64,000 bases of DNA, taken from Eledone cirrhosa (taxonomy: Eukaryota). Below, piece after piece: positions 12,728 through 26,707 of the stretch (within the stretch, counting starts at the first letter, position 1; every line of letters begins with the position of its first letter). The stretch lies in the NCBI GenBank assembly GCA_964016885.1, contig OZ024754.1, positions 1,302,001 to 1,366,000 of the forward strand. The letters run 5' to 3'. The position numbers and the translations under genes were made by a program. Under the pieces are notes generated by a model. It was not told the origin of the DNA and did no database searches. It saw only the letters and a list, made by a program, of their open reading frames with translations.

Positions 12728-13126
12728 TCCTCAAAGCCAGTGTTGAACAAACAGGTGACGATCGGTCACCGGCACGGCTTCAAATCGGACCATTTGTTTA
12801 CAAACGAATCGAACGATATAATCCACACGTACATATGTATTTGTATATATGTGTGTGTATGTGTATATATATATGTGTGCATATATATGTGTGTGTACGT
12901 GTGCATAGTTACATTTATATGTATATATGTATATGTGTGTGTATATGTGTGTGTATATATATATATATATATATGTGTATATGTATATATGTGTGTATAT
13001 GTATATATGTGTGTATATGTATATATGTGTGTATATGTATATATCTATATATCTATATATCTATATATGTGTATATCTATATATGTGTATATGTATATAT
13101 GCGTATGTGTATATATGTAAATATAT

Positions 13127-13552
13127 AACTGCCGTGACAGGGGAGGCTGCCCTCTCAGGGGAAACTGCCTGACTGATAAGGTTGTTTATAGGTGCACCGT
13201 AACTAGCCATAGCAGAGTTAAACACTATATAGGAGCCACCTCCGGCCAGTTTAAAACGAGATTTAGAACGCATCTCCACTCTTTCAGGAACAAAAAATTA
13301 AGGCACTCCACATCGCTTGCCAACTACGTCACCACATTGCAAGACGCCAACATAAGCTTCTCCACACACTGGGATATTGTCAGTAGGGCTGCACCCTACA
13401 ACTTCAGGGGGAAATGCCAGCTCTGCCTCATGGAGCTGTACTACATCACAATAACACCCCATGAGCTCTTAAACAGCCGAGCAGAATCGGTTATTAATTG
13501 TAAACACCGGGTACAGGCGTCTTATTTTGCCTGGGAGGCGACTGTGACATGA
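13127..13552 (+). pseudogene. Naiad-type PLE GIY-YIG endonuclease fragment, frame intact for 141 codons
   Basis: My translation upstream of listed ORF 13337..13552: NCRDRGGCPLRGNCLTDKVVYRCTVTSHSRVKHYIGATSGQFKTRFRTHLHSFRNKKLRHSTSLANYV...WDIV...CQLCLME...LLNSRAESVINCKHR. It has the Cx5Cx5C linker, VVY/YIG, CxLC and terminal CKH typical of Naiad-clade PLEs. Truncated at its 5' end in a (TA)n tract. Confidence 0.88.
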
Positions 13553-13833
13553 AAACTACGAACTGGGTCCTCCTGCCCGAACCATAACACCCCGGTGGGC
13601 AGGCAGTATGAACAAACATCTGTGACTCAAATGCACACCGCAGACCATACTCGAACAAACATTAGTGAAGCAACATCCACTAAATAATAAATGGTCACCC
13701 TAGACCCGACCTGTACTGGCACTAGTGAAATAACACACATAATATAAAGATGCTAAACACCAGCCTATGAACAGGTATAAAAATCCACATGTGACTGATT
13801 GCTTGAACACCGGCCAGAGTTACTCCCCCTGCT
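13127..13833 (+). mobile_element. 5'-truncated Naiad-type PLE insertion in a (TA)n tract
   Basis: Endonuclease frame plus ~280 bp GC-richer 3' region, flanked by TA-rich microsatellite on both sides. Confidence 0.75.
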
Positions 13834-13872
13834 ATATATACACACACATATATATATATACATATACATAAT

Positions 13873-13940
<68 letters not shown>

Positions 13941-14000
13941 TATACATAATTATATATATATATGTATATATATGTATATATATATGTACATATACATAAT

Positions 14001-14034
<34 letters not shown>

Positions 14035-14092
14035 TATGTACATATACATAATTATATATATATATATATATATATGTATATGTACATATACA

Positions 14093-14138
<46 letters not shown>

Positions 14139-14198
14139 ATTATGTATATGTACATATATATATACATATATATACATATATATATATAATTATGTATA

Positions 14199-14234
<36 letters not shown>

Positions 14235-14294
14235 TATACATAATTATATATATATATGTATATATATGTATATATATATGTACATATACATAAT

Positions 14295-14344
<50 letters not shown>

Positions 14345-14358
14345 TGTATATGTACATA

Positions 14359-14405
<47 letters not shown>

Positions 14406-14412
14406 ATGTATA

Positions 14413-14462
<50 letters not shown>

Positions 14463-14572
14463 ATTATGTATATGTACATATATATATACATATATATACA
14501 TATATATATATAATTATGTATATGTACATATATATATACATATATATACATATATATATATAATTATGTATA

Positions 14573-14622
<50 letters not shown>

Positions 14623-14669
14623 TATACATAATTATATATATATATGTATATATATATGTACATATACAT

Positions 14670-14713
<44 letters not shown>

Positions 14714-14728
14714 GTACATATACATAAT

Positions 14729-14770
<42 letters not shown>

Positions 14771-14782
14771 TGTACATATACA

Positions 14783-14835
<53 letters not shown>

Positions 14836-14846
14836 GTACATATACA

Positions 14847-14896
<50 letters not shown>

Positions 14897-14909
14897 TGTA
14901 CATATACAT

Positions 14910-14976
<67 letters not shown>

Positions 14977-15028
14977 TATGTACATATACATATATATACA
15001 CATGTATGTATGTACATATATATATATA
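13834..15028. repeat. (TA)n-based compound array with GTACATATACATAATTA units
   Basis: Direct reading. Confidence 0.9.
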
Positions 15029-15195
15029 TGGTTATGAGCACACACAGACACACTCTTATGTATGTACATAGATGTGGTTAGGAACCCCCCCCCCCCCACA
15101 CACACACTCACTCTCACACAGGCACACACCACATATGTATCTAGTTATATGTGATTAGGAATTTCTGTGTTTGTATTCCTGTATATATATATGTA

Positions 15196-15226
<31 letters not shown>

Positions 15227-15422
15227 GAAAGTGTATTAATACTTTCTAGATTTCTATATATCATAATTATCTGATGTACAGATGTAAATATAAACGATAT
15301 ATTGGCATATGTCACTATTACACTACAGAGACTTACAACCACCATTCCACACTAATGAAGACTGACTAATGGATATCTCCTTTTTACCATATCACTACCT
15401 CAAATCATTGTATGTGTGTATA

Positions 15423-15466
<44 letters not shown>

Positions 15467-15724
15467 CCATATCACTACCTCAAATCATTGTATGTATGTA
15501 TGTATATATATATATATATATATATACATATATATATGTATGTTAGCGCTATCTATCTAGTAAATATTAACGCCGATATATAATTATCTGTCGCAACTAT
15601 TTCCTGAAACAAGCGCATATGCGGGGGTGTGAGTGTTACCCTGGTGTGTGTAGTAGGTTTTACAATTTTATACCTTTTCTAGCAGAGCACGTTATACGTA
15701 TTTCCACTACGTCAGAAAGACAGG

Positions 15725-15765
<41 letters not shown>

Positions 15766-15934
15766 GGTGTATATACATGCATTGGGTTTAGTCTTTATTG
15801 GTTGTTCTAAGAGCTGTGCTTTTCTTTCATCGAATAAAGACACAAATAATTACAGAAAAATCTCGATTCACACGCACACATAGACAGACTGACACAGACA
15901 GTGACAGACATACACAGAGACAGACAGGCACACA

Positions 15935-16035
15935 CTGAAGGTATATATTAATTTTTCGCTAAATAGATCAGGAAAAGTCTTAACGTTTCGGACGCTAGTC
16001 CTTCCTCAGGAAATAAAATGAGAAATTAAAGAAGA
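15935..16035 (-). mobile_element. Family E copy with HHR core at 15978-16013
   Basis: Minus strand: CTGAGGA aggactagcgtcc GAAACGT T aagac. Confidence 0.65.
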
Positions 16036-16267
16036 GAAAAAAATATATATGTGTGTGTGGTGTGTGTGTGTGTATCAGTGTATGTGTAAGTATATGTGTG
16101 CGCTTCTGCACGCTTGCATGAGTGTGTATACACCTACACACACAGAAATATGTATGAGGGAGATAACTTATTTTAGGCGTGTATTGTAAACACGACTGTG
16201 TTCTAGTTTTATATATTTTATGTATTATTTTATTTTCATATTTTTGTACTTCTTGCAGCATCTATAA

Positions 16268-16497
16268 TAACACGTGTATAGTGGTCCATATTTCTGATCC
16301 ACTCTTTGCCAGTAATTCGATCATATTTCCATACAGATTACTATCAATTGAAATAAAACATTCTATTGCCTGCCAACCAAATTCAATAACTCTAGTGAGC
16401 TCACTTATATCATCCCCTTTACTTCACTTATTATATTCCTACACAGTAATCACTGATACTTATTACTGATGGAACTACACACAGGGACTACTTTATT
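16268..16497. repeat. Unclassified ~225 bp dispersed repeat, copy 2
   Basis: Nearly identical to 11436-11660. Confidence 0.8.
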
Positions 16498-16553
16498 TAT
16501 TATTTATATATCACGTAGATTTAGGTTCAAATCTTCCCAGAATCCATATCAAT

Positions 16554-16593
<40 letters not shown>

Positions 16594-16596
<3 letters not shown>

Positions 16597-16710
16597 CAAT
16601 TATAATAAATGTGAAGACTCAAATCTAAAGAGGGCTCGATAAGGATAAATATATTTTCAGAAGATCCCGTTAAGCAGCGATTCTTTGCTTAAACTTTAAT
16701 CTGTTATTTT

Positions 16711-16713
<3 letters not shown>
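16594..16713. mobile_element. Family B element with two opposed segments
   Basis: Reverse tail joined to a forward cagaagatcccgttaag..tgcttaaactttaatctgttatttt segment; TA-flanked. Confidence 0.65.
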
Positions 16714-16747
<34 letters not shown>

Positions 16748-16958
16748 AATAGAATGAAACGAAATTTCATTTCTCACTCTTAGTACGGCACTTACTTAAA
16801 TGTAAGTATGTATGTATACGTACATACATATATGTATACAGACGTACAGTAGTATGTATATATATACATACATGCACACATATATATATATATGCACATA
16901 TATATATATATCACTGAAGTATATCTCCAATGACTTGATTTTTTATTTCATTATTTTA

Positions 16959-16993
<35 letters not shown>

Positions 16994-16997
<4 letters not shown>

Positions 16998-17160
16998 AAC
17001 GAGTTCAAGCCGTCTCGACGGCTAATTCTGGACTCATTAGAATTAGCCGTCGAAACGGCTTGAGCTCAGCCGTCGGGGTCCTACCCACTCTACTACCCTA
17101 AGTATTGAGTACTTTGGTGCGTTATGGTCCACCTCGTTCCTTACCACATTTCCTTCGTTA
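16994..17160 (+). mobile_element. Family A fold-back mini-element in (TA)n
   Basis: Short inverted arm plus long arm containing GAAACGGCT-tgagctc-AGCCGTC-ggggtcc (17052-17081). Confidence 0.75.
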
Positions 17161-18005
17161 TATATATAATGTGTTTATTCCAATGTATTTGTATTTGTGT
17201 AACTGTATTATTAACTGAAAAATCCTCTCGCAAAGGATTATGGTTTTATAATTCGCTATGATGGCCACCACAAACCCGAACACGACTAACACAGTCAGTA
17301 CACTCTCCACGGAATCAACCACCATTTTCAATGTGACTAACATTACCTCGAAAAGCATCAGTAACAACACAACCACCAACTCCACCATCACTCCCCACCA
17401 CCACACCACCACTCCCCACCACCACACCACCACTCCCCACCACCACACCACCACCACATCACCACACCTCCATCATCACCACCACACCACCACCATTACC
17501 GTTATCAAGTTCACCATGAAAACCCACCGTTTCATCATAGTCAGTATTGTGTATTGAAACGTAACCAGCAAAGGTCTTAACAACACTAGAATTACCTCCC
17601 CTGCTCCCATATTAAAGCTGATATATTGGTCCAGCTATTTACTGAGTGTAGTGCCTGTGTGTAGATATATATCTTGCTAGAAATCAATGCAATGTGTCAT
17701 AGATATGACCTTTAACTTCTGTACAAAGGTCAGCGAAAAGAGAGAGAGATTTACGGCCCACTTTTTCGGTAATATTCAACAAATAATAATAATAATAATA
17801 ATAATGATAGTCATAGTATTTCGGTTGTGTTTCTTGTCTGATTGCCGTGTACGTAGCAACGACCAGTCACACAGAACAACAATAATCATCTTTCTTTCTT
17901 TTCCATTTTATATGTCTATTTTTCATTTATCCAATCCATTTTACAGTAATTCTTTAATTTCAAATTTCATATTTCTCTTATGAAATTCCATGAAATATCG
18001 CCCCC

Positions 18006-18111
<106 letters not shown>

Positions 18112-18404
18112 ATATTTATGAGACACACACATAAGCCGGTATGAATTTTTTTTCTCTCTCTCTCGTCTGCGACTTCACAGAACTTATTTTTACCGAATTC
18201 GCAGACCAGACCATTTCTTCCTCCCGTTAGACCTGTGCGAAATTCTTTCCTCGCTCACATTTCAACCAGGTTTGATGGTCTTTTCTCGTTCACGATTCCA
18301 CCGAATTTATATTCATAGAAATCTGGGACTTGTTTCTTTCTTCTTCATCACTTTCTGTTGCTTAAACCATTTTGTTTGTTTACCCTAGCGTCCCCTTTAT
18401 TTAC

Positions 18405-18546
18405 GTGTCCCAACGACCTTTTTTAGCCGTTGCTCGCACCAACCTGAGGTATATGGCCTTTAAAGCGACGAAATGCCTACGACGGCTGGAAGGCCACTGA
18501 TGAGGACAAACTTTTTCATATGTAACCCATTTGCAGCGCCGCAGCT
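18405..18546. repeat. Unclassified dispersed repeat; related deleted copy at ~20048-20166
   Basis: Shared ttgctcgcaccaacctgaggtat...tcatatgtaacccat. Confidence 0.6.
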
Positions 18547-18748
18547 CCATTATTATCATATATATATATAATATTTATGACACACACACACACATATATA
18601 TATATATGTCATAAATATTATGTGTGTGCACGTTCAGTTGTTTGAATAATCGGTACCTTGAAACTCGAGAAGTGATTCAAGAATTTTGAGCTTCTCTTAA
18701 ATTGAGTTATTTGTACTTCTCTTGCCAACATGGATGCCTCGGCAAGTG

Positions 18749-18806
<58 letters not shown>

Positions 18807-18814
18807 CTTGGCCA

Positions 18815-19072
18815 TTTAAAGCCTGGCGGAGCCCATCCCTGTCCAGGCCTGAATACACCAGATATCTTCCAGAGAAAGATAGAAAGTGAGAGAGAGGAAG
18901 TGAGAAAGAGATATAGAGGAAGAATCGACCCCAGTATGAGACTGGTACATTTTTTATCGACTTCGAAAGGATGAAAGGCAAAATTGACCTCAGTGGGATT
19001 TGAACTCCAAGAGCAAAGAGCTGGAATGAATACCACAAAGTATTCTATCTGATATTCTAACGACTCGCCGCC
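18815..19072 (-). mobile_element. SINE family 1 variant with an alternative 3' tail
   Basis: gggatttgaactc B-box and core; tail as at 5422. Confidence 0.75.
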
Positions 19073-19348
19073 CATATATGGAGTTTATACACAGAAAAAA
19101 ATGATAGACTATGTGTTTGTGTCAAAGTGTTTATGTGATTCATAAATAATGGCGTGTCATATAAGAGAGAATGGCAGTTGAAGTTCTGTTTACAGCTAAT
19201 TAGTGATGGTTCAATTGTCTAACTGGGACCTAATTCAATTAAGTAATATTTCAATCTTAGCCTCTCACTCTTCCCCTTCCCTGGTCAATTTCCTGATGCC
19301 ATATTGTTCTCTTCAAGTTTGAAGCAATAAATAATATCTATATTGTAT

Positions 19349-19379
<31 letters not shown>

Positions 19380-19401
19380 TATATAATATATATACATACA
19401 C

Positions 19402-19462
<61 letters not shown>

Positions 19463-19596
19463 ATGTAGATATATTATATATATATATATATATACATATA
19501 ACTGCACACACACACATACACACACACACACATATATATATATATACATATATATATAAATACATATAAAATGTGTGTGTATATATATATATATAT

Positions 19597-19813
19597 AACG
19601 AAGGAAATGTGGTAAGGAACCAGAAGGACCATAACGCACCAAAGTACTCAATACTTAGGGTAGTAGAGTGGGTAATAGGAACGAGTAGGACCCCGACGGC
19701 TGAGCTCAAGCCATTTCGACGGCTAATTCTGGACTAAATGAAAATTTTCATTTAGTCCAGAATTAGCCGTCGACACGGCTTGAGCTCAGCCGTCGGGGTC
19801 CTACTCGTTCCTA
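19597..19813 (-). mobile_element. Family A fold-back mini-element in (TA)n
   Basis: About 70 bp near-perfect inverted arms with a spacerless centre at gaaaattttc (~19744), plus an ~80 bp unpaired tail. Confidence 0.8.
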
Positions 19814-19856
19814 TTATATATATATTATACATATACATATAAATGCATATAAATGC

Positions 19857-19927
<71 letters not shown>

Positions 19928-19999
19928 CATATAAAATGTGTGGGTATATATATATATACATATAAATGCACATACATACATACATACACACACACACAT

Positions 20000-20048
<49 letters not shown>

Positions 20049-20183
20049 TCCCAATAGCCTTTTTTAGTTATTGCTCGCACCAACCTGAGGTATCTGATTT
20101 TTAATGCGATGAAATACCAATGAAGGACTATTTTTATCATATGTAACCCATGTGCAAACCACGCAGTATTCTTCTTTCTTCTC

Positions 20184-20240
<57 letters not shown>

Positions 20241-20784
20241 TGCATTCTACCCGACGTTTTAACGACTCTTGTTTTTTGAAGCGGAGTCCACTTAGTCGGA
20301 AGCATATGGATAAAATATCTGGTCTGAGGGGATATGCCATCAGTCCAGGGTTTCTTCCCTATTCCTGCTACGAATCGCGGAATCCCTTTCAAAATACTTA
20401 AGGGCTCTTCCCCTCCTTCCCTGATTACGTGATATAAACGAAACAAGCACTCCCGTTTTCCCTATATTTATATTTTGTATGATTTCTGAAAATATTTGAA
20501 ATTTTACAAAACTAATACCGTTTTTTTTAATAGGAAAATCTCACATAAGAACTTTAGTCTTAAAACATTGAATTCTATAAAAAATATTTCTTAATAATTT
20601 AACCTTAGATGTAAAATATAACACAGCATAAAAGTTCGAAGTATTTTTTTCTGAATAACAGATCGATATTGGTTTTGAATTTTAAGATATGCATGACTGT
20701 TAGTTCTTCCAGTTATTTATTTATTTAATTATTTATATATATATTTATCTCTTTATATATATATATAAATACACACGCACACGC

Positions 20785-20817
<33 letters not shown>

Positions 20818-20822
<5 letters not shown>

Positions 20823-20981
20823 AATAATAATGTGAAGACTAAAATCCAAAGAGGGCTCGATAAGGATAAATATATATCAATTATATATGAACCCTAGAGC
20901 AAATATTTATTAAAATAACAGGGTTAAATTAAAGGGTGAAAGCAGCGATTCTTTGCTTAAACTTTAATCTGTTATTTTAAT
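20818..20981. mobile_element. Family B fold-back element
   Basis: Reverse tail followed by forward gggtGAAAGCAgcgattcttTGCTTaaact..gttattttaa(TA)n. Confidence 0.65.
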
Positions 20982-21165
20982 ATATATATATATATATTAG
21001 TAAAAGGAAAAGAAAATGCTGACAAATTGTTCCCAGTGAAAAATAGTTTAATTAGGAATAAGTAAAAATTAGTAATAAGTATTAGTTAGTATTTAGTTTT
21101 AAGTTTTTACCGGTTGCGCATTTCTAATGCTTTTCAAAAATAATTTTGAGATAGAGCGCCCGTGA

Positions 21166-21256
21166 TGTTTGCTCTACGGTTCTTATATATTTGATATATA
21201 TTTATCCTTATCGAGCCCTCTTTGGATTTTAGTCTTCAAATTTATTATTATTACTA
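21166..21256 (+). mobile_element. Family B tail fragment
   Basis: Reverse complement of ~20818-20903. Confidence 0.65.
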
Positions 21257-22249
21257 TATACATATATATATATATATATATATACAGTTATATATTTATT
21301 GGAGTGTGTTGAATGTATGGAAAAAGTAAATAATTTAATATCATAGCCAGTAAATATCAACTTTAGCTATTTTTCTTTTCCTTTTCTTCTTCAAGGGTTG
21401 GCCTTATGATGCCGAATGTTCTATTGTGGCTCTCTATACAAGGATTTGATGATAGAACTTTCAGCAAAAGGTAGGTGGGACTAACGTTTCATCTCAACAC
21501 ATTCCTTTTGACAGTTTAGTCTTTTATCTGTTTGATGTTTTGTTTAGTAAACTTAAGATTTACTTCTACTACAATAATCGTTTCTTCATTACTTTAATGC
21601 CTTTCCCATATATTTTGAAATTTTCGCCACGGGTGGCTTGTTTTTGCTTTATCATTATCGTTTGAAAATATTCCGGTAAAAAGAATCCTAAGAAATATAT
21701 TAAAAAAAAAAAAAAATTAGCAAACAAACAAGCAAAGGAATACTTTTCTTTAAACGTGTTTTCAACAGAATTATTTTGTGTATAATTAATTTGTAAACAC
21801 CATTCATTCACGAGATTGCATTTCGTTAGATGTGTCTACCTTAAAGATCAAACGATAAGAACAAAATCATTAACAAGAAGAAGAAGAACAACAGCAGCAA
21901 CAACTATAGCAATGATAAGGTTCATAATAGTTTTGTATTGTTCTTCGGTTTAGTTTCGACTATTACTTTTATATATTATATATATATATATATATGTGTG
22001 AATGGTTGTATGTATACGCGTGTATGTGTATATGGGTGTACGTATGAATTATATATATATATATATATTTTTCCTGAGTTCAGTTTTTTTCGTCGCTATG
22101 GCAATGCGGCCCGACTCTCGGTCGCTGTATTTGATTTGCAACTCTGGGGTAATATTCACCATTGAGTGCTTAGCTGCACACCGAATCTGGATTCGTTAGC
22201 TTGGCTGCTGCCAAAAGCTTCGTTGATGCTGTACTAAAATTTGTATATA

Positions 22250-22445
22250 TTACACTGGGAGATCCTAGCTGGGGCTAGATCGTATAACGGAAATAAAAGA
22301 CCATGTGACCTCTGCGCGCTGAGGCCCTGGAAATACTCTACTCCAAAGACCACATCTTAAACAAAAAATCTGAGGCAATTTCAGCATGCAAACATAAATT
22401 GCACAAAACTTTCCTGTATTACAGCCCCACATTATACCTTAACGG
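22250..22445 (+). pseudogene. Second, divergent Naiad-type PLE endonuclease C-terminus with a frameshift
   Basis: LHWEILAGARSYNGNKRPCDLCA / 1-nt frameshift / EALEILYSKDHILNKKSEAISACKHK. Aligns by eye with W-I...Y...CxLC..E...LN..E...CKH of the 13127 copy. Not in the ORF track. Confidence 0.8.
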
Positions 22446-22609
22446 ATAGTACGAACTATACGCGGATATTTTACGTTTTGATGTGGTAGCTAAGTATATG
22501 TTATGTTTATACCATTACTTATTTGTATAGGTAAGTATATATTACCTGTATGTTTTGTGTAGGTACGTATTCTTTCTCGTACGTATATTTGATTGTATAT
22601 GTTATGGCG

Positions 22610-22643
<34 letters not shown>

Positions 22644-22900
22644 ATATATATTATATATATATATAATATATTATATATATATATATAATATATTATATAT
22701 ATATATATATAATATATTATATATATATATATTATATATATATATATATAATATATAATATATATATATATATTATATATATATATATATATATAATATA
22801 TTATATATATAATATATTATATATATATATAATATATTATATATATATATATATATTATATATATATATAATATATATATATATATATAATATATTATAT

Positions 22901-22931
<31 letters not shown>

Positions 22932-23677
22932 ATATATTATATATATATATAATATATTATATATATATATATATAATATATTATATATATATATATATAA
23001 TATATTATATATATATATATTATATATATATATATATAATATATAATATATTATATATATATTATATATATATATATATATATAATATATTATATATATA
23101 ATATATTATATATATATATATATATTATATATATATATAATATATTATATATATATATAATATATTATATTATATATATATATATAATATATTATATATA
23201 TATATATATAATATATTATATATATATATATATAATATATTATATATATATATATATATAATATATTATATATATATATATATTATATATATATATATAT
23301 ATATAATATATTATATATATATATAATATATTATATATATATTAATATATTATATATATATATAATATATTATATTATATATATATATATATAATATATT
23401 ATATATATATATATATAATATATTATATATATATATATATAATATATTATATATATATATAATATATTATATATATATATAATATATTATATTATATATA
23501 TATATATATAATATATTATATATATATATATATTATATATATATATATATAATATATTATATATATATATATATATAATATATTATATATATATATATAT
23601 AATATATTATATTATATATATATATATTAATATATTATATTATATATAGTATATATATATTATATTATATATATATA

Positions 23678-23716
<39 letters not shown>

Positions 23717-23960
23717 TATATATATATATATATAATATATTATATATATATATAATATATTATATATATATATAATATATTATATATATATATATTATAT
23801 ATATATATAATATATTATATTATATATATATATATATATATATAATATATTATATATATATATAATATATTATATTATATATATATATATATATATAATA
23901 TATTATATATATATATATAATATATTAATATATATATATATAATATTATATATATATATA

Positions 23961-24000
<40 letters not shown>

Positions 24001-24230
24001 TATATATATATATATATATATATAATATATTATAATATATATATAATATATTATATATATATATAATATATTATATTATATATATATATATATATATAAT
24101 ATATTATATATATATATATATAATATATTATATATATATATATATAATATATTATATATATATATAATATATTATATATATATATATATTATATATATAT
24201 ATAATATATTATATATATATATATATAATA

Positions 24231-24279
<49 letters not shown>

Positions 24280-24826
24280 ATATATAATATATTCTATATA
24301 TTATATATATATATATATAATATAATATATTATATATATATATATATAATATTTATATATATTATATATATATATATATAATATATTATATATATTTATA
24401 TATATTATATATATATATATATATAATATATTTATATATATTTATATATCTATCTATTTATATATATATATATTTATATATATTTATATATCTATCTATT
24501 TATATATATATATTTATATATATTTATATATCTATCTATATATATATATATATAATATATTTATATATATTTATATATCTATCTATTTATATATATATAT
24601 ATTTATATATATTTATATATCTATCTATTTTATATATATACTATAATATTTATATATATTATATATATATTATATATATATATATATAATATATTTATAT
24701 ATATTTATATATCTATCTATTTATATATATATATATTTATATATATTTATATATCTATCTATTTATATATATATATAATATATTTATATATATTTATATA
24801 TATATATATATTTATATATATATAAT
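22610..24826. repeat. ~2.2 kb almost pure A/T array: (TA)n with TAATATATTA interruptions
   Basis: Direct reading. Confidence 0.95.
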
Positions 24827-24981
24827 GTACGTGTGTGTGAGAATATGTGTATGTATGAGTATATATATGTATATATAAATATACGAATGAAGGCGTGTGA
24901 AAGCACATTGTTAGAGCATTGGTCTTACAACCGTGAGGTTGTGAGTACACATACTATGTATATTGATGTGTATGTATATAT

Positions 24982-25012
<31 letters not shown>

Positions 25013-26028
25013 ATCTGTTTATGTGTAAAAGAAGAAAAAAGATAATATTTACTATTGAATCTACAATATATTACATTTTACTGAAAGCTGAAAGTTCAAA
25101 AAATTTCTTTTCGTGTCTGCAGGAATTTAATAATTCGGATTTTTAGTTTACTTTTTTTGTCATCTTCAAATGAAATGAAAATTATTTTTGCGAATGATTT
25201 TCTACGATTGACATAGTTATATTGAATATATTACAAGACTTATAAATCATACTTGCAATTTATGCCACTCTTACCACCCGAATACCTTTCTTAATATTGT
25301 GTATTATAACATATTTCAAAGATACGTTTTCGAAGGTGTAGATCACGATTATATAGATGATTAAAAAAAAATGTTGGATAAACGTAAATTCGATTTTTTT
25401 TCCATCATGTCTTCCTATTTCATGTTACTAAAGAATAATATCAATTAGGATAATATCATAGATTTTCTAGGGGAACGTAATGTCATTTCAACTAAGAATT
25501 ACAACCCAAAAAAATTTCTCAAGGTAATCATAATCTACAACATCGAAAAAAATCAAAACAAATCCGCAAAATATGTATTAAGAAAATTTTGAGGAAACAA
25601 CATCATATGAGAGACACTAAACTGTATATGTCACATGTAGTTTATTTACATTTAACAAGCAGAGATACGGTGGGCTATAGATATTTACTGTGCTGAGGCG
25701 TAATTGAGGAGATGAATTCTCCCTTAATATTAACTGAATTCTTAATCCTGTTCTGTAAAAATGTAAAAGGAAGACATAAGAATGACGCAAAGATAGAAAA
25801 GATGTGGATGTAAATAAGGAAACCTATGAAATAAATGGAAGTATATACAACATACGTTAACTGATGGGAAATACTTAAAAATATACATACATGTAGTTAA
25901 CGGCAATATAAGTTTCATTGATGTGTGAAATAAGATTCGCCAAGCCAATTGAAGCTTTTAAAATATATTTCTTCCCGTAAGGCACAAACACACATTTATA
26001 CAACAGTACAACTATTCATGTTAAATGG

Positions 26029-26089
<61 letters not shown>

Positions 26090-26194
26090 TACGTGCGTGT
26101 ACACACATACACAGAAACACACACACACACACAAACACACATACGTGCGCGTACACACACACACACACACACACATACGTGCACGTACACACAA

Positions 26195-26225
<31 letters not shown>

Positions 26226-26512
26226 TACGTGCACGTACACACACAGACATTCGTGCGTGCGCTCGGCAACACTTGTTTTGTAGTGTCTCTATTGGTTGTC
26301 GATATTGTGATAACATGGAACGACAGATTAAAACAATATGCCGTCCAGAACCGATTCCGGACAAAATTTCATAAAATTTTCTTCATATAAACAATATTAT
26401 GAACAGCAAAATTTATTTAAGTAAACATTTTATGTTATGAAGTTGTAACAAAAATATATTCCTTGAAAATAGATATGTCTAACATAAGATTATAATCACG
26501 ACCTACTTCAAT

Positions 26513-26707
26513 GGTATTTTGGCAGTATCGGTAGAAGGTCGGACGCCAGGCTTTGCAGCATAGAGTTACGTCCCTTTCAAATCCCGCCGAGTTCTAATCC
26601 CGCCAAGGTTCACTTTACCTTTCAACCTTACGGGGTCGATAAAATAAAGTACCAGTAATGCACTGGAATAATTGCTGGTCTTGTTCCAAAAGTAGAAACA
26701 ACTATTA
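26513..26707 (+). mobile_element. SINE family 1 with duplicated B-box segment
   Basis: Collinear with the 10370 copy. Confidence 0.85.

Noticed and set aside
13553-13833. SECIS element or intact HHR in the Naiad 3' UTR
   Set aside because: No AUGA/AA/GA stem-loop or full core recognisable by eye, and no in-frame UGA to recode.
17258-17557. Thr/His-rich mucin-like or GPCR N-terminus ORF
   Set aside because: Mostly (CAC)n-derived, ends after 99 aa, no domain recognised; cannot be fully excluded without RNA data.
18440-18512. Hammerhead around CTGATGA at ~18498 (also CTGATGA at ~3914)
   Set aside because: No correctly placed GAAA or pairing helices found.
22515-22540. Recursive splice site tttgtatag|gtaagt
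   Set aside because: Weak pyrimidine tract, inside a degenerate TA/TG-rich stretch at a PLE 3' end; likely chance.
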